From assembly GCA_030704615.1 (NCBI GenBank), contig CM060733.1, positions 74,028,001-74,092,000 on the forward strand: 64,000 bases of DNA, read 5' to 3'. The notes under the pieces are model-generated. The model saw nothing but the letters and a program-made list of their open reading frames with translations, had not been told where the DNA came from and did no database searches. The translations under genes and the position numbers were made by a program. Positions within the stretch are counted from its first letter, which is position 1. Every line of letters starts with the position of its first letter. Shown piece after piece: positions 35,601 through 49,400 of this stretch. This DNA is from Takakia lepidozioides (lineage: Eukaryota > Plantae > Bryophyta).

Positions 35601-38600
35601 GCCTTTTGGGCTCACCAATGCACCAGCGACATTTAGCACGCTGATGAACAGCCTTTTCCAGGAGTGGTTGGATGACTTTGTGATCGTGTACATCGACGAC
35701 ATCTTGGTGTACTCAAAAACAAAGGAGGAGCACCTGGAGCACCTCAAAAGGGTGTTCCAAAAATTGCGAGAAGGGAAGCTGTATGCCAAAGCTTCAAAGT
35801 GCGAATTCGGGGTCACAAAAGTGGAGTTCTTGGGGCATGTGATTACACAGGATGGGATCAAAATGGATGACAGAAAGGTGAGGGCGATCTTGGACTGGGA
35901 GCCTCCGACTTCGGTCCCGGGAGTGCGATCCTCCTAGGACTCGCCTCCTATTACCGGAAGTATGTGAGAAATTTCGCCAAGATCGCGGGGCCGCTGTCGG
36001 ACCTTCTGTGTAATCCAAAGTCTGGGTATGGAACACATTTTGTGGCCAAGCTTTTGCTGAATTGAAGCAGCGGATGACGGAAGCTCCAGTCTTGAAAATC
36101 CCGGAGTTCGATCGTCCGTTTGAGATTCATACAGATGCATCGGACTTCGCAATTGGGGGTGTACTTATGCAAGATGGACGCCAGTGGCTTACGAAAGTAA
36201 GAAACTGAATGAAGTGGAGCGACGGTGGCCGACGCACGAAAAAGAGATGAGGCGGTGGTGCATTGCCTTGAACTCTGGCGCCACTATGTTGGTTCCAACC
36301 CGTGAAGGTGTTCACGGACAATGTCACGGTGAAGTATTTTGCCACGCAGCCCAAGTTGTCCCCAAAACAACTTAGGTGGCAAGATACTTTGGCAGTGTTC
36401 GACGTGGATATCCAGTACAAACCGGGACGGACAATGTGGTGGCCGATGCTTTAAGTAGAAAGCAGCAGCTCTTGTTGGTGTACAAGGGCGAGACGGCGCT
36501 CCAAAGGAAGATCCGGAAGGCTTGCCGGAAGGATGAGCTGGCAAAGTGCGTGATGCAGGACTTAGAATGGGGGTTAAATCGCAGTTCCACTTGCAAAACG
36601 GACTGCTCCGGTATAAGCAAAAACGTCTCTATGTGCCAAAGGGAGGGATCAGGGATAGTCTCTTGAGAGAATGCCATGATAGCCCGCTTGCGGGCCACGG
36701 TGGAGCCAAGCGCACTGCGCACTCTTGAAGAAAGAATATTTCTGGCCCAAACTGAGGGAGGAGGCAGAGGAGTATGTCAAGACATGCACCACATGCCAAC
36801 AAAACCGGAGCGAGTACAAAAAGCAAGCGGGGCTGTTACAACCCTTGCCGATTCCAGAGGGGACTTGGGAAAGCGTCTCGATGGATTTCATGACTGCTAT
36901 GCCGTTGTCAAAAGGATTCGATGCAATCATGGTGGTGGTAGATAGGTTCAGTAAAATGGCCCATTTCATCCCCACCAAGGAGACGGCAACGGCGCAGGAG
37001 ACAGGGCGACTTTACTTCGCCCACGTCTTAAAGCATCATGGAGTCCCGAAGGATATTGTCTCGGACCGCGATCCAAAGTTTACGAGTAAATTCTGGAGAG
37101 CACTTTGGAAGAAATGGGGACGAGGCTGAAGATGAACACCGCCTTCCGACCTACGACGGACGGCCAAACGGAAAGAGTGAATTCCGTAGTGAAGCAATTC
37201 TTGCGGAATTACGTGTCGGCAGACCAATCAGACTGGATGGAACACTTAGACGCGGCAGAGTTCTGTTATAATAACACAGAACACTCCGCGACGGGAGTTT
37301 CCCCTTTTGTGTTGGTCTATGGAAAAGCACCTCTGGTGCCGACAAGTTGGGCCGCCCAGGACGTTGAGGAACCGGCAGTAGCGGCGGTACTGGAAGAACG
37401 CGAGCGTTTGTTGAAGCTCACAAAGTACAACATTGCCAAAGCTAGGAAACGGTATGAAAGGCAGGCGAATCGGAAGCGGAGGGAAGTGAAGTTTGAGGCA
37501 GGCACAGAGGTCTGGTTGAACATCAAGAATTTTCGACTACCTCCGGAAGTGAGTCCGAAGTTCGTACCTCCGTATGCGGGCCCCTTTCGCATTCGGAGGG
37601 TTATGAATGAGGATGTGTATGAATTGGAGCTGCCGGCAAACAGCAAGGTGCACCCAGTATTCCATGTCTCCCTTTTGAAGCCTTACTTCAAAGATGAAGC
37701 ACGTCCGAATCGGCAGCAAGTGTTGCGTCCGCCACCTATGCTGTTGGATCATGAAAATGAACCTGAGTACGAGGTGGAGGCAATACTTAAGTCGAGGAGG
37801 TTCAAGAACCGAGAAACAGAGTATCTCGTCAAATGGAAGGGCTATCATCTTGTGGAGGCATCTTGGGTGCGTGCCTCAGAAATGGGAAACGCATCCGAGG
37901 CAGTTGCAGCGTTCGAAGGGCGACCTCAAAAGCGGAAGAAACGTTGATGGGGACATCAACCTTGGAGCGTGGGGGAGGAAATGCATGCTTAGCCCGGTTT
38001 AGCTAGCTCAGGAATCCGATTGCAAAAACTTGTATTGTACAAACATTTGTTATAAAGGAAATGGGTTCCAAATATTATGCGTCCTATTGTGTTTGGAATG
38101 GTGATGCATGGTGTGTTTGGCTAGTGTGTAGAATGCATGCTAGCTTACAAAAGTGGGAGAGGTAAATTGGGTAATCGTGTGTTTGCGCAGTGCCGAAATC
38201 GGGTGACTCCCATCCCAGGGGCAAGGAAACTTGCGCCTTCTTTGGGAGTTCACGTGCTAGTGCGCACCTGGCGCGTGCGCGTACTATAACTGCGCTACCG
38301 AGGGGGTTGCCTTGTAGTGCGGGCTAACGCGGAAGCTACGTGCTTCCGTTCACGTACTATAATCGTGTAACCTCGGGACGAAGTCGTAGTGCGGCTTCGA
38401 CGTGTTCCCGTACCTCAGGCCAGCATTCCAAGGCGGACCCAATTGTAGTGATTGGGGCGCACGGTTGGTTCAAGGTTATCTTCCTAGTCAAAGAGGGTTC
38501 CAGGTGAACCCTTGCTCAAGGTGATGCCAAAAGCGGCATCATGAGCGATCGCAAGCAATGTTGTTGCAGTAAGGCGATTCGATCCTCGGGGAGGATTGTT

Positions 38601-39599
38601 CCTTGGCCTTGAAGTAGGCCAAGAAGAGTGCACTGAGAGGAGCTGGAGAGGCTCCACCCTTGGCCGGGACTTGGAGGAAGTCGGCCGAACTAGCTAGTGG
38701 AGAGTAGAGTCAAGTGTGGGGTTTGGTTCTTTGCCATGGGACGCCATGGTACAGAAACAAACTCCTTGATGTGGGACGCCACAACTTGGATGTTCGTTTC
38801 TACAAAATGGACAAGTCGATGAGGACATCGACTCCCTGTTGGTAGGGGTGTGTGTCGCGGCCCTTTGCCTTGAGGGCAGGGGGTCGGGACACATCAGGGG
38901 CTGCCCCTGTGGTGGGGGCAGCGGCAGCGATAGGTATGGGGGGCTGAGGCACCCTTGAGTGCCCAAGGCACTCAGGGAAGCGGAGGCGCTCACTAGGTGG
39001 AGCCCCGCACACCGGTTGCGGTGGGGTGGCTCCACAAGCGGTGGGGTTGGCTCCACAAGGGGTGGTGGTAGCTTAGTGGGACTTAGTGGGGGTGGCATAG
39101 GACTCACCATGGGGGCGGAGACCTCGTGGTGGGAGTCGTGGGGAGTCTTGGGACTCATCACGGTCCATAGGGGCCGTGGTGAGCGGGCCAAGACTCACCG
39201 CGACTCACCACCGGGAGTCGAGGGTTTTCGTGGTGGTTCGCCATAAAATGGCATGGCTGGTTGTGGAACCCCCGCGGACAGCTACAGAAGTATATATAGG
39301 GAGTAGTAACCCCGAGAACGGTGCAAGCCCGTTGGTGACCAAAAACTAGTGAGTAAGCGAGCGAGCCGGAAAGCGACCAAAGAGTGGGGAGCTGTTCCGG
39401 ACTGCCATCTACCAAAGGGAATTCTCCTAGTCCCAAAGAGGTGGAGGGTTTAGAAGGAAGCGAAGGGGGGGACCGTTATGTCCCGGTGAGCAGCCGAAGC
39501 TCCAAGTTGGCCCGGGCGGCCAGGTTGGGAGTCAGGCGCGCGCATCAAAGCGAGTAACTAGGACTTGAAGGGGAGCTTACCGGAGTGAGGTGCGCGACA
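32627..39599 (+). mobile_element. Full-length chromovirus element B nested in element A
   Basis: LTRs 32627-33365 and 38853-39599, TSD TGACT/GGACT, PBS 33368-33379, PPT about 38841-38852. Confidence 0.95.
33421..37947 (+). pseudogene. gag-pol of element B with C-terminal chromodomain (frameshifted)
   Basis: YIDD, SMDF, SDRD, DGQTER, YAGPF, YEVEAIL..YLVKWKGY..ASW. Confidence 0.92.
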
Positions 39600-39604
39600 G
39601 GACT

Positions 39605-40948
39605 GCTCCGGTATAAGCAAAAGCGTCTCTACGTGCCGAAGGGAGGGATCAGAGACAGCCTCTTGAGAGAATGCCATGATAGCCCGTTTGCGGGCCACGG
39701 CGGAGCCAAGCGCACTGCGGCACTCTTGAAGAAAGAGTATTTCTGGCCCAAACTGAGGGAGGAGGCAGAGGAGTATGTCAAGACATGCACCACATGCCAA
39801 CAAAACCGGAGCGAGTACAAAAAGCAAGCGGGGCTGTTACAACCCTTGCCGATTCCAGAGGGGACTTGGGAAAGTGTCTCGATGGATTTCATGACTGCTA
39901 TGCCGCTGTCAAAAGGATTCGATGCAATCATGGTGGTGGTGGATAGGTTCAGTAAAATGGGCCATTTCATCCCCACTAAGGAGACGGCAACGGCGCAGGA
40001 GACAGGGCGACTTTACTTCGCCCACGTCTTAAAGCATCATGGAGTCCCGAAGGATATTGTCTCGGACCGCGATCCAAAGTTTACGAGTAAATTTTGGAGG
40101 GCACTTTGGAAGAAGATGGGGACGAGGCTGAAGATGAGCACCGCCTTCCGACCTACGACCGACGGCCAAACAGAAAGAGTGAATTCCGTAGTGAAGCAGA
40201 TCTTGCGGAATTACGTGTCAGCAGACCAAACAGACTGGGTGGAACACTTAGACGCGGTAGAGTTCTGTTATAATAACACAGAACACTCACAACGGGAGTT
40301 TCCCCTTTTGTATTGGTCTATGGAAAAGCACCTCTGGTGCCGACAAGTTGGGCCGCCCAGGACGTTGAGGAACCGACAGTAGCGGCGGTACTGGAAGAAC
40401 GCGAGCGTTTGTTGAAGCTCGCAAAGTACAACATTGCCAAAGCCAGGAAACGGTATGAAAGGCAGGCGAATCGGAAGCGGAGGGAAGTGAAGTTTGAGGC
40501 AAGCACAGAGGTCTGGTTGAACATCAAGAATTTCTGACTACCTCCGGAAGTGAGTCCGAAGTTCGTACCTCCGTATGCGGGACCTTTTCGCATTCGGAAG
40601 GTTATGAATGAGGATGTGTATGAATTGGAGCTGCCGGCAAACAGCAAGGTGCACCCAGTATTCCATGTCTCCCTTTTGAAGCCTTACTTCAAAGATGAAG
40701 CGCGTCCGAATCGGCATCAAGTGTTGCGTCCGCCACCTATGCTGTTGGATCATGAGAATGAACCTGAGTACGAGGTGGAGGCAATACTTAAGTCGAGGAG
40801 GTTCAGGAACCGAGAAACGGAGTATCTCGTCAAATGGAAGGGCTATCATCAGGTGGAGGCATCTTGGGTGCATGCCTCAGAAATGGGAAACGCATCCGAG
40901 GCGGTCGCAGCTTTCGAAGGGCGACCTCAAAAGCGGAAGAAGAGTTGA
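39605..40948 (+). pseudogene. Integrase and chromodomain of element A (3' part)
   Basis: HDSPFAGH..CTTCQ, DDE core, chromodomain. Confidence 0.92.
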
Positions 40949-41853
40949 TGGGGACATCAACCTTGGAGCGTGGGGGAGGAAATGCATGCTTAGCCCGGCT
41001 TAGCTAGCTTAGGAATCCGATTGCAAAAACTTGTATTGTACAAAACGTGCTATAAATGAAATGGATTCCAAATGTTGTGCGTCCTATTTTGTTTGGAATG
41101 GTAATGCATGGTATGGTTGGCTAGTGTGTAGAATGCATGCTAGCTTATAAAAGTGGGAGAGGTAAATTGGGTTAATCGTGTGTTTGTGTAGTGCCGAAAT
41201 CGGGTGACCCCCATCCGAGGGGCAAGGAAACTTGCGCCTTCTTTGGGAGTTCACGTGCTAGTGCGCACCTGGCGCGTGCGCGTATTATAACTGCGCTACC
41301 GAGGGGGTTACCTTGTAGTGCGGGCTAACGCGGAAGCCACGTGCTTCCGTTCACGTACTATAATCGTGTAGCCTCGGGACGAAGTCGTAGTGCGGCTTCG
41401 GCGTGTTCCCGTACCTCAGGCCAGCATTCCAAGGCGGACCCAATTGTAGTGATTGGGGCGCACGGTTGGTTCAAGGTTATCTTCCTAGTCAAAGAGGGTT
41501 CCAGGTGAACCCTTGCTCAAGGTGATGCCAAAAGCGGCATCATGAGCGGTCGCAAGCAATGTTGTTGCAGTAAGGCGATTCGATCCTCAAGGAGGATCGT
41601 TCCTTGGCCTTGAAGTAGGCCAAGAAGAGTGCACTGGGAGGAGCTGGAGAGGCTCCACCCTTGGCCGGGACTTGGAGGAAGTCGGCCGAACTGGCTAGTG
41701 GAGAGTAGAGTCAAGTGTGGGGTTTGGTTCTTTGCCATGGGACGCCATGGTGCGGAAACAAACTCCTTGATGTGGGACGCCACAACTTGGATGTTTGTTT
41801 CTACAAAATGGACAAGTCGATGAGGACATCGACTCCCTGTTGGTAGGGGTGTG

Positions 41854-42582
41854 TGTCGCGGCCCTTTGCCTTGAGGGCAGGGGGTCGGGACACATGAGGG
41901 GCTGCCCCTGTGGTGGGGGCAGTGGCAGCGATAGGTATGGGGGGCTGAAGCACCCTTGAGTGCCCAAGGCACTCAAGGAGGCGGAGGCGTTCACTAGGTG
42001 GAGCCCCGCACACCGGGTTGCGGTGGGGGTGGCTCCACAAGGGGTGGTGGTAGCTTAGCGGGACTTAGTGGGGGTGGCATAGGATTCACCATGGGGGCGG
42101 ACACCTCGTGGTGGGAGTCGTGGGGAGTCGTGGGGACTCATCACGGTCCATAGGGGCCGTGGTGAGTGGGCCAAGACTCACCGCGACTCATCACCGGGAG
42201 TCGAGGGTTTTCGTGGTGGTTCGCCATAAAATGGCATGGCTGGTTGTGAAACCCCCGCAGACAGCTACAGAAGTATATATAGGGAGTAGTAACCCCGAGA
42301 ACGGTGCAAGCCCGTTGGTGACCAAAAACTAGTGAGTAAGCGAGCGAGCCAGAAAGCGACCAAAGAGTGGGGAGCTGTTCCGAACTGCCAACTACCAAAG
42401 GGAATTCCCGCTTGTTCCAAATCGGTGGAGGGTTCTTTGGGAGAACAAAGGGGGACCGTTATGCCCCGGTGAGCAGCCGAAGCTCCAAGTTGGCCCGACG
42501 GCGGCGGTTGGGAGTTAGGCGCGCGCATCAAAGCGAGTAACTATGACTTGAGGGGGAGCTTACCGAAGTGAGGTGCGCGACA
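41854..42582 (+). repeat. 3' LTR of element A
   Basis: Preceded by GGTAGGGGTGTG, followed by TSD CTCGA. Confidence 0.95.
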
Positions 42583-43110
42583 CTCGACCCCTGCTGGCAA
42601 TTCTCCATGACCTTCGAACGCAAGTCGATCTCTGGGGCTTTGAACTGCAAAGACTTGTCCTTCGAAGCCGCGTCCTTGAAACGCACAGGGCTAGGCCCGG
42701 CAGGAAGACCCGTGCTCGTGGATCGGCTAGGTGTGCATGCTGCAGCTAGCTCCGCGGACTCTTCTTGCGGCTCTTCGGATTCCTGCGATCCCTCCAGCAC
42801 GTCCACCTTTCCGTTTAGGCATGCAAACATCTTCTGCATTCAAGTCTCCTAGCATACAGTCTAAGAATTGCAGAAGAAAAATGAGGGGGGTTTCGGTGCT
42901 CGATCAGCTGCGCGAATCTCGATAGCACGGAGCTCTCACTGGTGGCTGGGTTGCCTGCATGGCCTGATGCTGCGAGATGGCAATCTCCTCCTGTAGACGC
43001 ATCTGCTTCCTCCCCTTCGGCATTGGCCTCCGTCCGAAGTACAATTTTCAGGGCTTGCGACGATGTCTCTTCTCTGGTGCACGCACTCCCTCCCTGTCAG
43101 GTTCGAGCAT
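42583..43110 (-). pseudogene. ParB/MTase-like gene copy 2, 5' exons upstream of the LTR insertion
   Basis: Frame ..MENCQQGS joins SPSPAKTKKK across the CTCGA TSD; donor CCACCA/GTGAGAG shared with copy 1 at about 10575. Confidence 0.6.
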
Positions 43111-43439
43111 TAGAAGAACAAAGACAGGGAAAATGGGCGAAGAGTGCAGATGGAAAGGGCGCGAGAAGGGTGACTGAGTAGACACGACAAAAAAAGATGA
43201 AACGGCGGTGATGCACCGCTTGGACAAAAGTGTCTCCTCGTGGACTTTGCGCCATTACGAATTCGAATCGTCAAGGGTACGCCTGCCGTCCAAAAAACAA
43301 ACATCATTATCCAACAGTCAGGCCGCGCCGCATCCTGCCACTTCAGTCAGATAGAGTGCAGACATGTGCCGCAATTCCGTTGCTCCACGTGTTCACATAT
43401 CATGGCATTTCTGTCCCAACGACTAATGAGTTAGAATGA

Positions 43440-46400
43440 AAATGCAAATGCGGCACCGCATTTCCGTTAAGTACCATCCCTAAGCTACACATACTGTACT
43501 TGTTGGACGAAAATGCGGCACCGCATTTCCATTCCACCTTCACAAACATTAGTTGTAGAACGGAAATGCGGTGCCGCATTTCCGTCCCACAGCTCCATGC
43601 CTGAGATACAAAAGGGAAATGCGGGGCCGCATTTACGTTCTGGAATGTCGGAAGGTGCGACTCGGACGGAAATGCGGCACCGCATTTCAATTCCCGTGGT
43701 TCATGATTTTCAATCAGAACGGAAATGCGGCACCGCATTTCCATTCCCGTGGTTCATGATTTTCAATCAGAACGGAAATGCGGTACCGCATTTCCGTTCC
43801 ACCTTCACATACCTGAACGAAAATACGGTGCCGCATTTCCGTCCCACTGCTCCATGCCTCAGATACAGAACGGAAATGTAGCACCGCATTTCCGTTCTAG
43901 AATATCGGAAGGTGCGACTCGGACGGAAATGCAGTACCGCATTTCTGTTCTGGAAAGTGTTAAGGTCTCAAACGGACGGAAATGCGATGCAATATTTCCG
44001 TCCCTCAGCTCCATGCCTCTGATACAAAACGAAAATGCAGCGCCGCATTTCTGTTCTGGAATGTCGGAAGGTGTGACTCGGACGGAAATGCAGTGCCGCA
44101 TTTCAGTTCCGATAGTTCACGATTTTCAATCAGAACAGAAATGCGGTACCACATTTCCGTTCTGGACAGTACGAAGGTCTCAACCGGTCGGAAATGCGGT
44201 GCAGCATTTCCGTCCCTCAAATCCATGCCTCAGATACAAAACGGAAATGCGGCGCCGCATTTCCGTTCTAGAATGTCGGTAGGTGCGACTCGGACGGAAA
44301 TGCGGTGCCGCATTTCAAATCCGATGGTTCACAATTTTCAGTTAGAACGGAAATGCGTTACGGCATTTCCGTTCTGGAGAGTATGAAAGTCTCAAACGGA
44401 CGGAAATGCGGTGCAGCATTTCCGTCCCTCAGCTCCATGCCTCAGATACAAAACGGAAATACGGCGCCGCATTTCCGTTCGGGAATGTCGGAAGGTGCGA
44501 CTCGGACGGAAATACGGTGCCGCATTTCAGTTCCGATGGTTCACGATATCCAGTCAGAACGGAAATGCGGTAGCGCATTTTCGTTCTGGAGAGTATGAAG
44601 GTCTCAAACGGACGGAAATGCGGTGCAGCATTTCTATCCCTCAGCTCCATGCCGCAGATACAAAACGGAAATGCGGCGCCACATTTCCGTTCAGGAATGT
44701 CGGAAGGGCGACTCGGACGGAAATGCGGTGCCGCATTTCAGTTCCGATGCTTCACGATTTTCAGTCAGAACCGAAATGCGGTGCAACATTTCCATCCCTT
44801 AGCTCCATGCCTCAGATACAAAACGGAAATGCGGTGCCGCATTTCAATTCCGATGGTTCACGATTTTAAGTCTGCACGGAAATACGGTACCGCATTTCCG
44901 TTCTGGAGAGTATGAAGGTCTCAACCAGTCGGAAATATGGTGCAGCATTTCCGTCCCTCAGCTCCATGTCTCAGATACAAAACGGAAATGCGGCGCCGCA
45001 TTTCCGTTCTGGAATGTCAGTAGGTGCGACTGAGACGGAAATGCGGTGCCGCATTTCAGTTCCGATGGTTCACGATTTCCAGTCAGAACGGAAATGCGGT
45101 ACCGTATTTCCGTTCTGAAGAGTCTGAAGGTCTCAAACGGACGGAAATACGGTGGCGCATTTCCGTTCCTCAGCTCCATGCCTCAGATATAAAACGGAAA
45201 TGCGGCGCCGCATTTCCGTTCTGGAATGTCGGAAGGTGCGACTCGGACGGAAATGCGGTGCCGCATTTCAGTTCCGATGGTTCACAATTTTCAGTCAGCA
45301 TGGAAATGCGGTACGGCAATTCCGTTCTGGAGAGTATGAAAGTCTCAAACGGACGGAAATGCGGTGCAGCATTTCCGTCCCTCAGCTCCATGCCTCAGAT
45401 ACAAAACGGAAATATGGCGCCGCATTTCCGTTCGGGAATATCGGAAGGTGCGACTCAGACGGAAATGAGGTGCCGCATTTTAGTTCCGATGGTTCACGAT
45501 ATCCAGTCAGAATGGAAATGCGGTAACGCATTTTCGTTCTGGAGAGTATGAAGGTCTCAAATGGACGGAAATGCGGTGCAGCATTTCTGTCCCTCAGCTC
45601 CATGCCTTAGATACAATACAGACATGCGGCGCCGCATTTCCGTTCATGAATGTCGGAAGGTGCGACTCGGACGGAAATGCGGTGCCGCATTTCCGTTCAC
45701 GAATGTCGGAAGGTGCGACTCGGACGGAAATGCGGTGCCGCATTTCAGGTTCGATGGTTCACGATTTTCAGTTAGAACGGAAATGCGGTTCAACATTTCC
45801 GTCCCTCATCTCCATGCCTCAGATACAAAACGGAAATGCGGCGCGCTGCATTTCCGTTCTGGAATGTCGGAAGGTGCAACTATGACGGAAATGCGGTGCC
45901 ACATTTTAGATCCAATGGTTCACGATTTTCAATCAAAACGGAAATGCAGTACCGCATTTCTGTTCTGGAGAGTATGAAGTTCTCAACCGGTCGGAAAGGG
46001 GGTGCAGCATTTCCGTCGCTCGGCTCCATGCCTGAGATACAAAACCGAAATGCGGCGCCGCATTTCCGTTCTGGAATGTCGGTAGGTGCGACTCGGACGG
46101 AAATGGGGTGCCGCATTTCAGTTCCGATGGTTCACGATTTTCAGTCAGAACGGAAATGCGGTCCGCATTTCCGATCTGAAGAGTATGAAGGTCTCAAACG
46201 GGCGGAAATACGGTGGAGCATTTCCGTTCCTCAGCTCCATGCCTCAGTTACAAAATGGAAATGCGGCGCCGCATTTCCGTTCTGGAATGTCGGAAGGTGC
46301 GACTCGGACGGAAATGCGGTGCCGCATTTCAAATCCGATGGTTCACAATTTCCCGTTAGAATGGAAATGCGGTACGGCATTTCCGTTCTAGAGAGTATAA

Positions 46401-49400
46401 AAGTCTCAAACGGACGGAAATGCGGTGCAGCATTTCCGTCCCTCAGCTTCATGCCTCCGATACAAAACGGAGATACGGCGCCGCATTTCCGTTCGGGAAT
46501 GTCGGAAGGTGCGACTCGGACGGAAATATGGTGCCGCATTTCAGTTCCGATGGTTCACGATATCCAGTCAGAACGGAAATGCGGTACCGCATTTTCGTTC
46601 TGGAGAGTATGAGGTCTCAAACGGACGGAAATGCGGTGCAGCATTTATGTCCCTCAGCTCCATGCCTCAGATACAAAACAGACATGCGGCGCCGCATTTC
46701 CGTTCATGAATGTCGGAAGGTGCGACTCGGACGGAAATGCGGTGCCGAATTTCAGTTCCGATGGTTCACGATTTTCAGTCAGAACGGAAATGCGGTGCAG
46801 CATTTCCGTCCCTCCGCTCCATGCCTCAAATACAAAACAGAAATGCGGTGCCGCATTTCCGTTCTGGAATGTCGGAAGGTGCAACTCAGACGGAAATGCG
46901 GTGCCACATTTCAGTTCCAATGGTTCACGATTTTCTGTGAGAACGGAAATGCGGTACCGCATTTCCGTTCTAGAGAGTATGAAGGTCTCAACCGGTCAGA
47001 AATGTGGTGCAGCATTTCCGTCGCTCGGCTCTATGCCTTAGATACAAAACGGAAATGCGGCGCCGCATTTCCGTTCTGGCATGTCGGTAGGTGCGACTCG
47101 GATGGAAATGCGGTTCCGCATTTGAGTTCCGATGGTTCACGATTTTCAAACAGAACGGAAATGCGGTACCGCATTTCCGTTCTGGAGGGTATGAAGGTCT
47201 CAAACGGACGGAAATGCGGTGCAACATTTCCGTTCCTTCGCTCCATGCCTCAGATACAAAATGGAAATGCGGCGCCGCATTTCCGTTCTGGAATGTCGGA
47301 AGGTGCCACTTGGACGAAATGCGGTGCCGCATTTCAGTTCCGATGGTTCACAATTTTTAGTCAGAATGGAAATGCGGTGCAGTATGTCCGTTCCTAAGCT
47401 CTATGCCCCAGATACAAAACGGAAATGCGGCGCCGCATTTCCGTTCAGGAATGTCGGAAAGTGCGACTCAGACGGAAATGCGGTGCCACATTTCAGCTCC
47501 AATGGTTCACGATTTTAAGACAGATCGGAAATGCGGTACCGCATTTCCGTTATGGAGAGTATGAAGTTCTCAACCGGTCGGAAATGCGGTGCAGCATTTC
47601 CGTCGCTCAGCTCCATGCCTCAGATACAAAACGGAAATGCGGCGCCGCATTTCCATTCTGGCATGGCGATAGGTGCGACTCGGACGGAAATGCGGTTTCG
47701 CATTTCAGTTCCGATGGTTCACGATGTTCAGTCAGAACGGAATTGGCGTACCGCTTTTCCGTTCTGGAGAGTATGAAGGTCTTAAACGGACGGAAATGCA
47801 GTGCAGCATTTCCGTTCCTCAGCTCCATGCCTCAGATACAAAACGGAAATGCGGCGCTGCATTTCCGTTCTGGAATGTCAAAAGTGCGACTCGGACGGAA
47901 ATGCGGTGCCGCATTTCAGTTCCGATGGTTCACGATTTTCAGTCAGAACGGTAATGCGGTGCAGCATTTCCGTCCCTCAGCTCCAAGCCTTAGATACAAA
48001 ACGGAAATGCGGCGCCGCATTTCCGTTTTGGAATGTCGGAAGGTGCGACTCAGACGGAAATGCGGTGTAGTGGCCTCTTCATGGACGAGATTTGGGATGC
48101 GTAGTTTGCACACCATATCACATTTCCGTTCCGATGGTTCACGATTTTCAGTCAGAATGGAAATGCGGTACCGCATTTCCGGTGCCGCATTTCTGTTCCG
48201 ATGGTTCACGATTTTCAGTCAGAACGGAAATGCGGTGCAGCATTTCCGTCCCTCAGCGCTATGCCTCAGATAGAAAACGGAAATACGGCGCCGTATTTCT
48301 GTTCTGAAATGCCGGAAGGTGCGACTCAGACGGAAATGCGGTGCCACATTTCAGTTCCAATGGTTCACGATTTTCAGTCAGAACGGAAATGCGGTACCGC
48401 ATATCCGTTTTGGAGAGTATGAAGGTCTCAACCGGTCGGAAATGCGGTGCTGCATTTCCGTTGCTCAGCTCCATGCCTCAGATACAAAACGGAAATGCGG
48501 CGCCGCATTTCTGTTCTGGCATGTCGGTAGGTGCGACTCGGACGGAAATGTGGTTCCGCATTTTAGTTCCGATGGTTCACGATTTTCAATCAGAACGGTA
48601 ATGCGGTGCAACATTTTCGTCCCTGAGCTCTATGCCTCAGATACAAAACGGAAATGCGGCGCCGCATTTCCGTTCTGAAATGTCGGAAGGTGTGACTCAG
48701 ACGGAAATGCGGTGCCACATTTCAGTTCCAATGGTTCACGATTTTCAATAATGCGGTACCGCTTTTCCGTTCTGGAGAGTATGTAGGTCTCAACCGGTCG
48801 GAAATGCGGTGCAGCATTTCCGTCGCTCAGCTCCATGCCTCAGATACAAAACAGAAATACGGCGCCGCATTTCCGTTCTGACATGTCGGTAGGTGCGACT
48901 CGGACGGAAATGCGGTTCCGCATTTCAGTTCCGATGGTTCACGATTTTGAGTCAGAACCGAAATGCGGTACCGCATTTCTGTTCTGGAGAGTATGAAGGT
49001 CTCAAACGGACGGAAATGGGGTGCAGCATTTCCGTTCCTCCGCTCCATGCCTCAGATACAAAACGGAAGTGCGGCGCCGCATTTCCGTTCTGGAATGTCG
49101 GAAGGTACGACTCGGACGGAAATGCTTTGCCGCATTTCAGTTCCGATGGTTCACAATTTTCAGTCAGAACGGAAATGTGGTACGGCATTTCCGTTCTGGA
49201 GAGTATGAATGTCTCAAATGGAGGGAAATGCGGTGCAGCATATCCGTCCCTCCGCTCCATGCCTCAGATACAAAACGGAAATGCGGCGCCGCATTTCCGT
49301 TCTGGAATGTCAGAAGGTGTGACTCGGACGGAAATGCGGTGCCGCATTTCAGTTCCGATGGTTCACAATTTTCAATTAGAACGGAAATGCGTTTCGGCAT

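Larger units (their letters stand above)
27988..42582 (+). mobile_element. Chromovirus-type Ty3/Gypsy element A (Galadriel-like), containing a solo LTR and full element B
   Basis: TG..CA LTRs 27988-28695 and 41854-42582, perfect TSD CTCGA, PBS TGGTATCAGAGC 28698-28709, gag-PR-RT-RH-INT-chromodomain. Confidence 0.95.
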
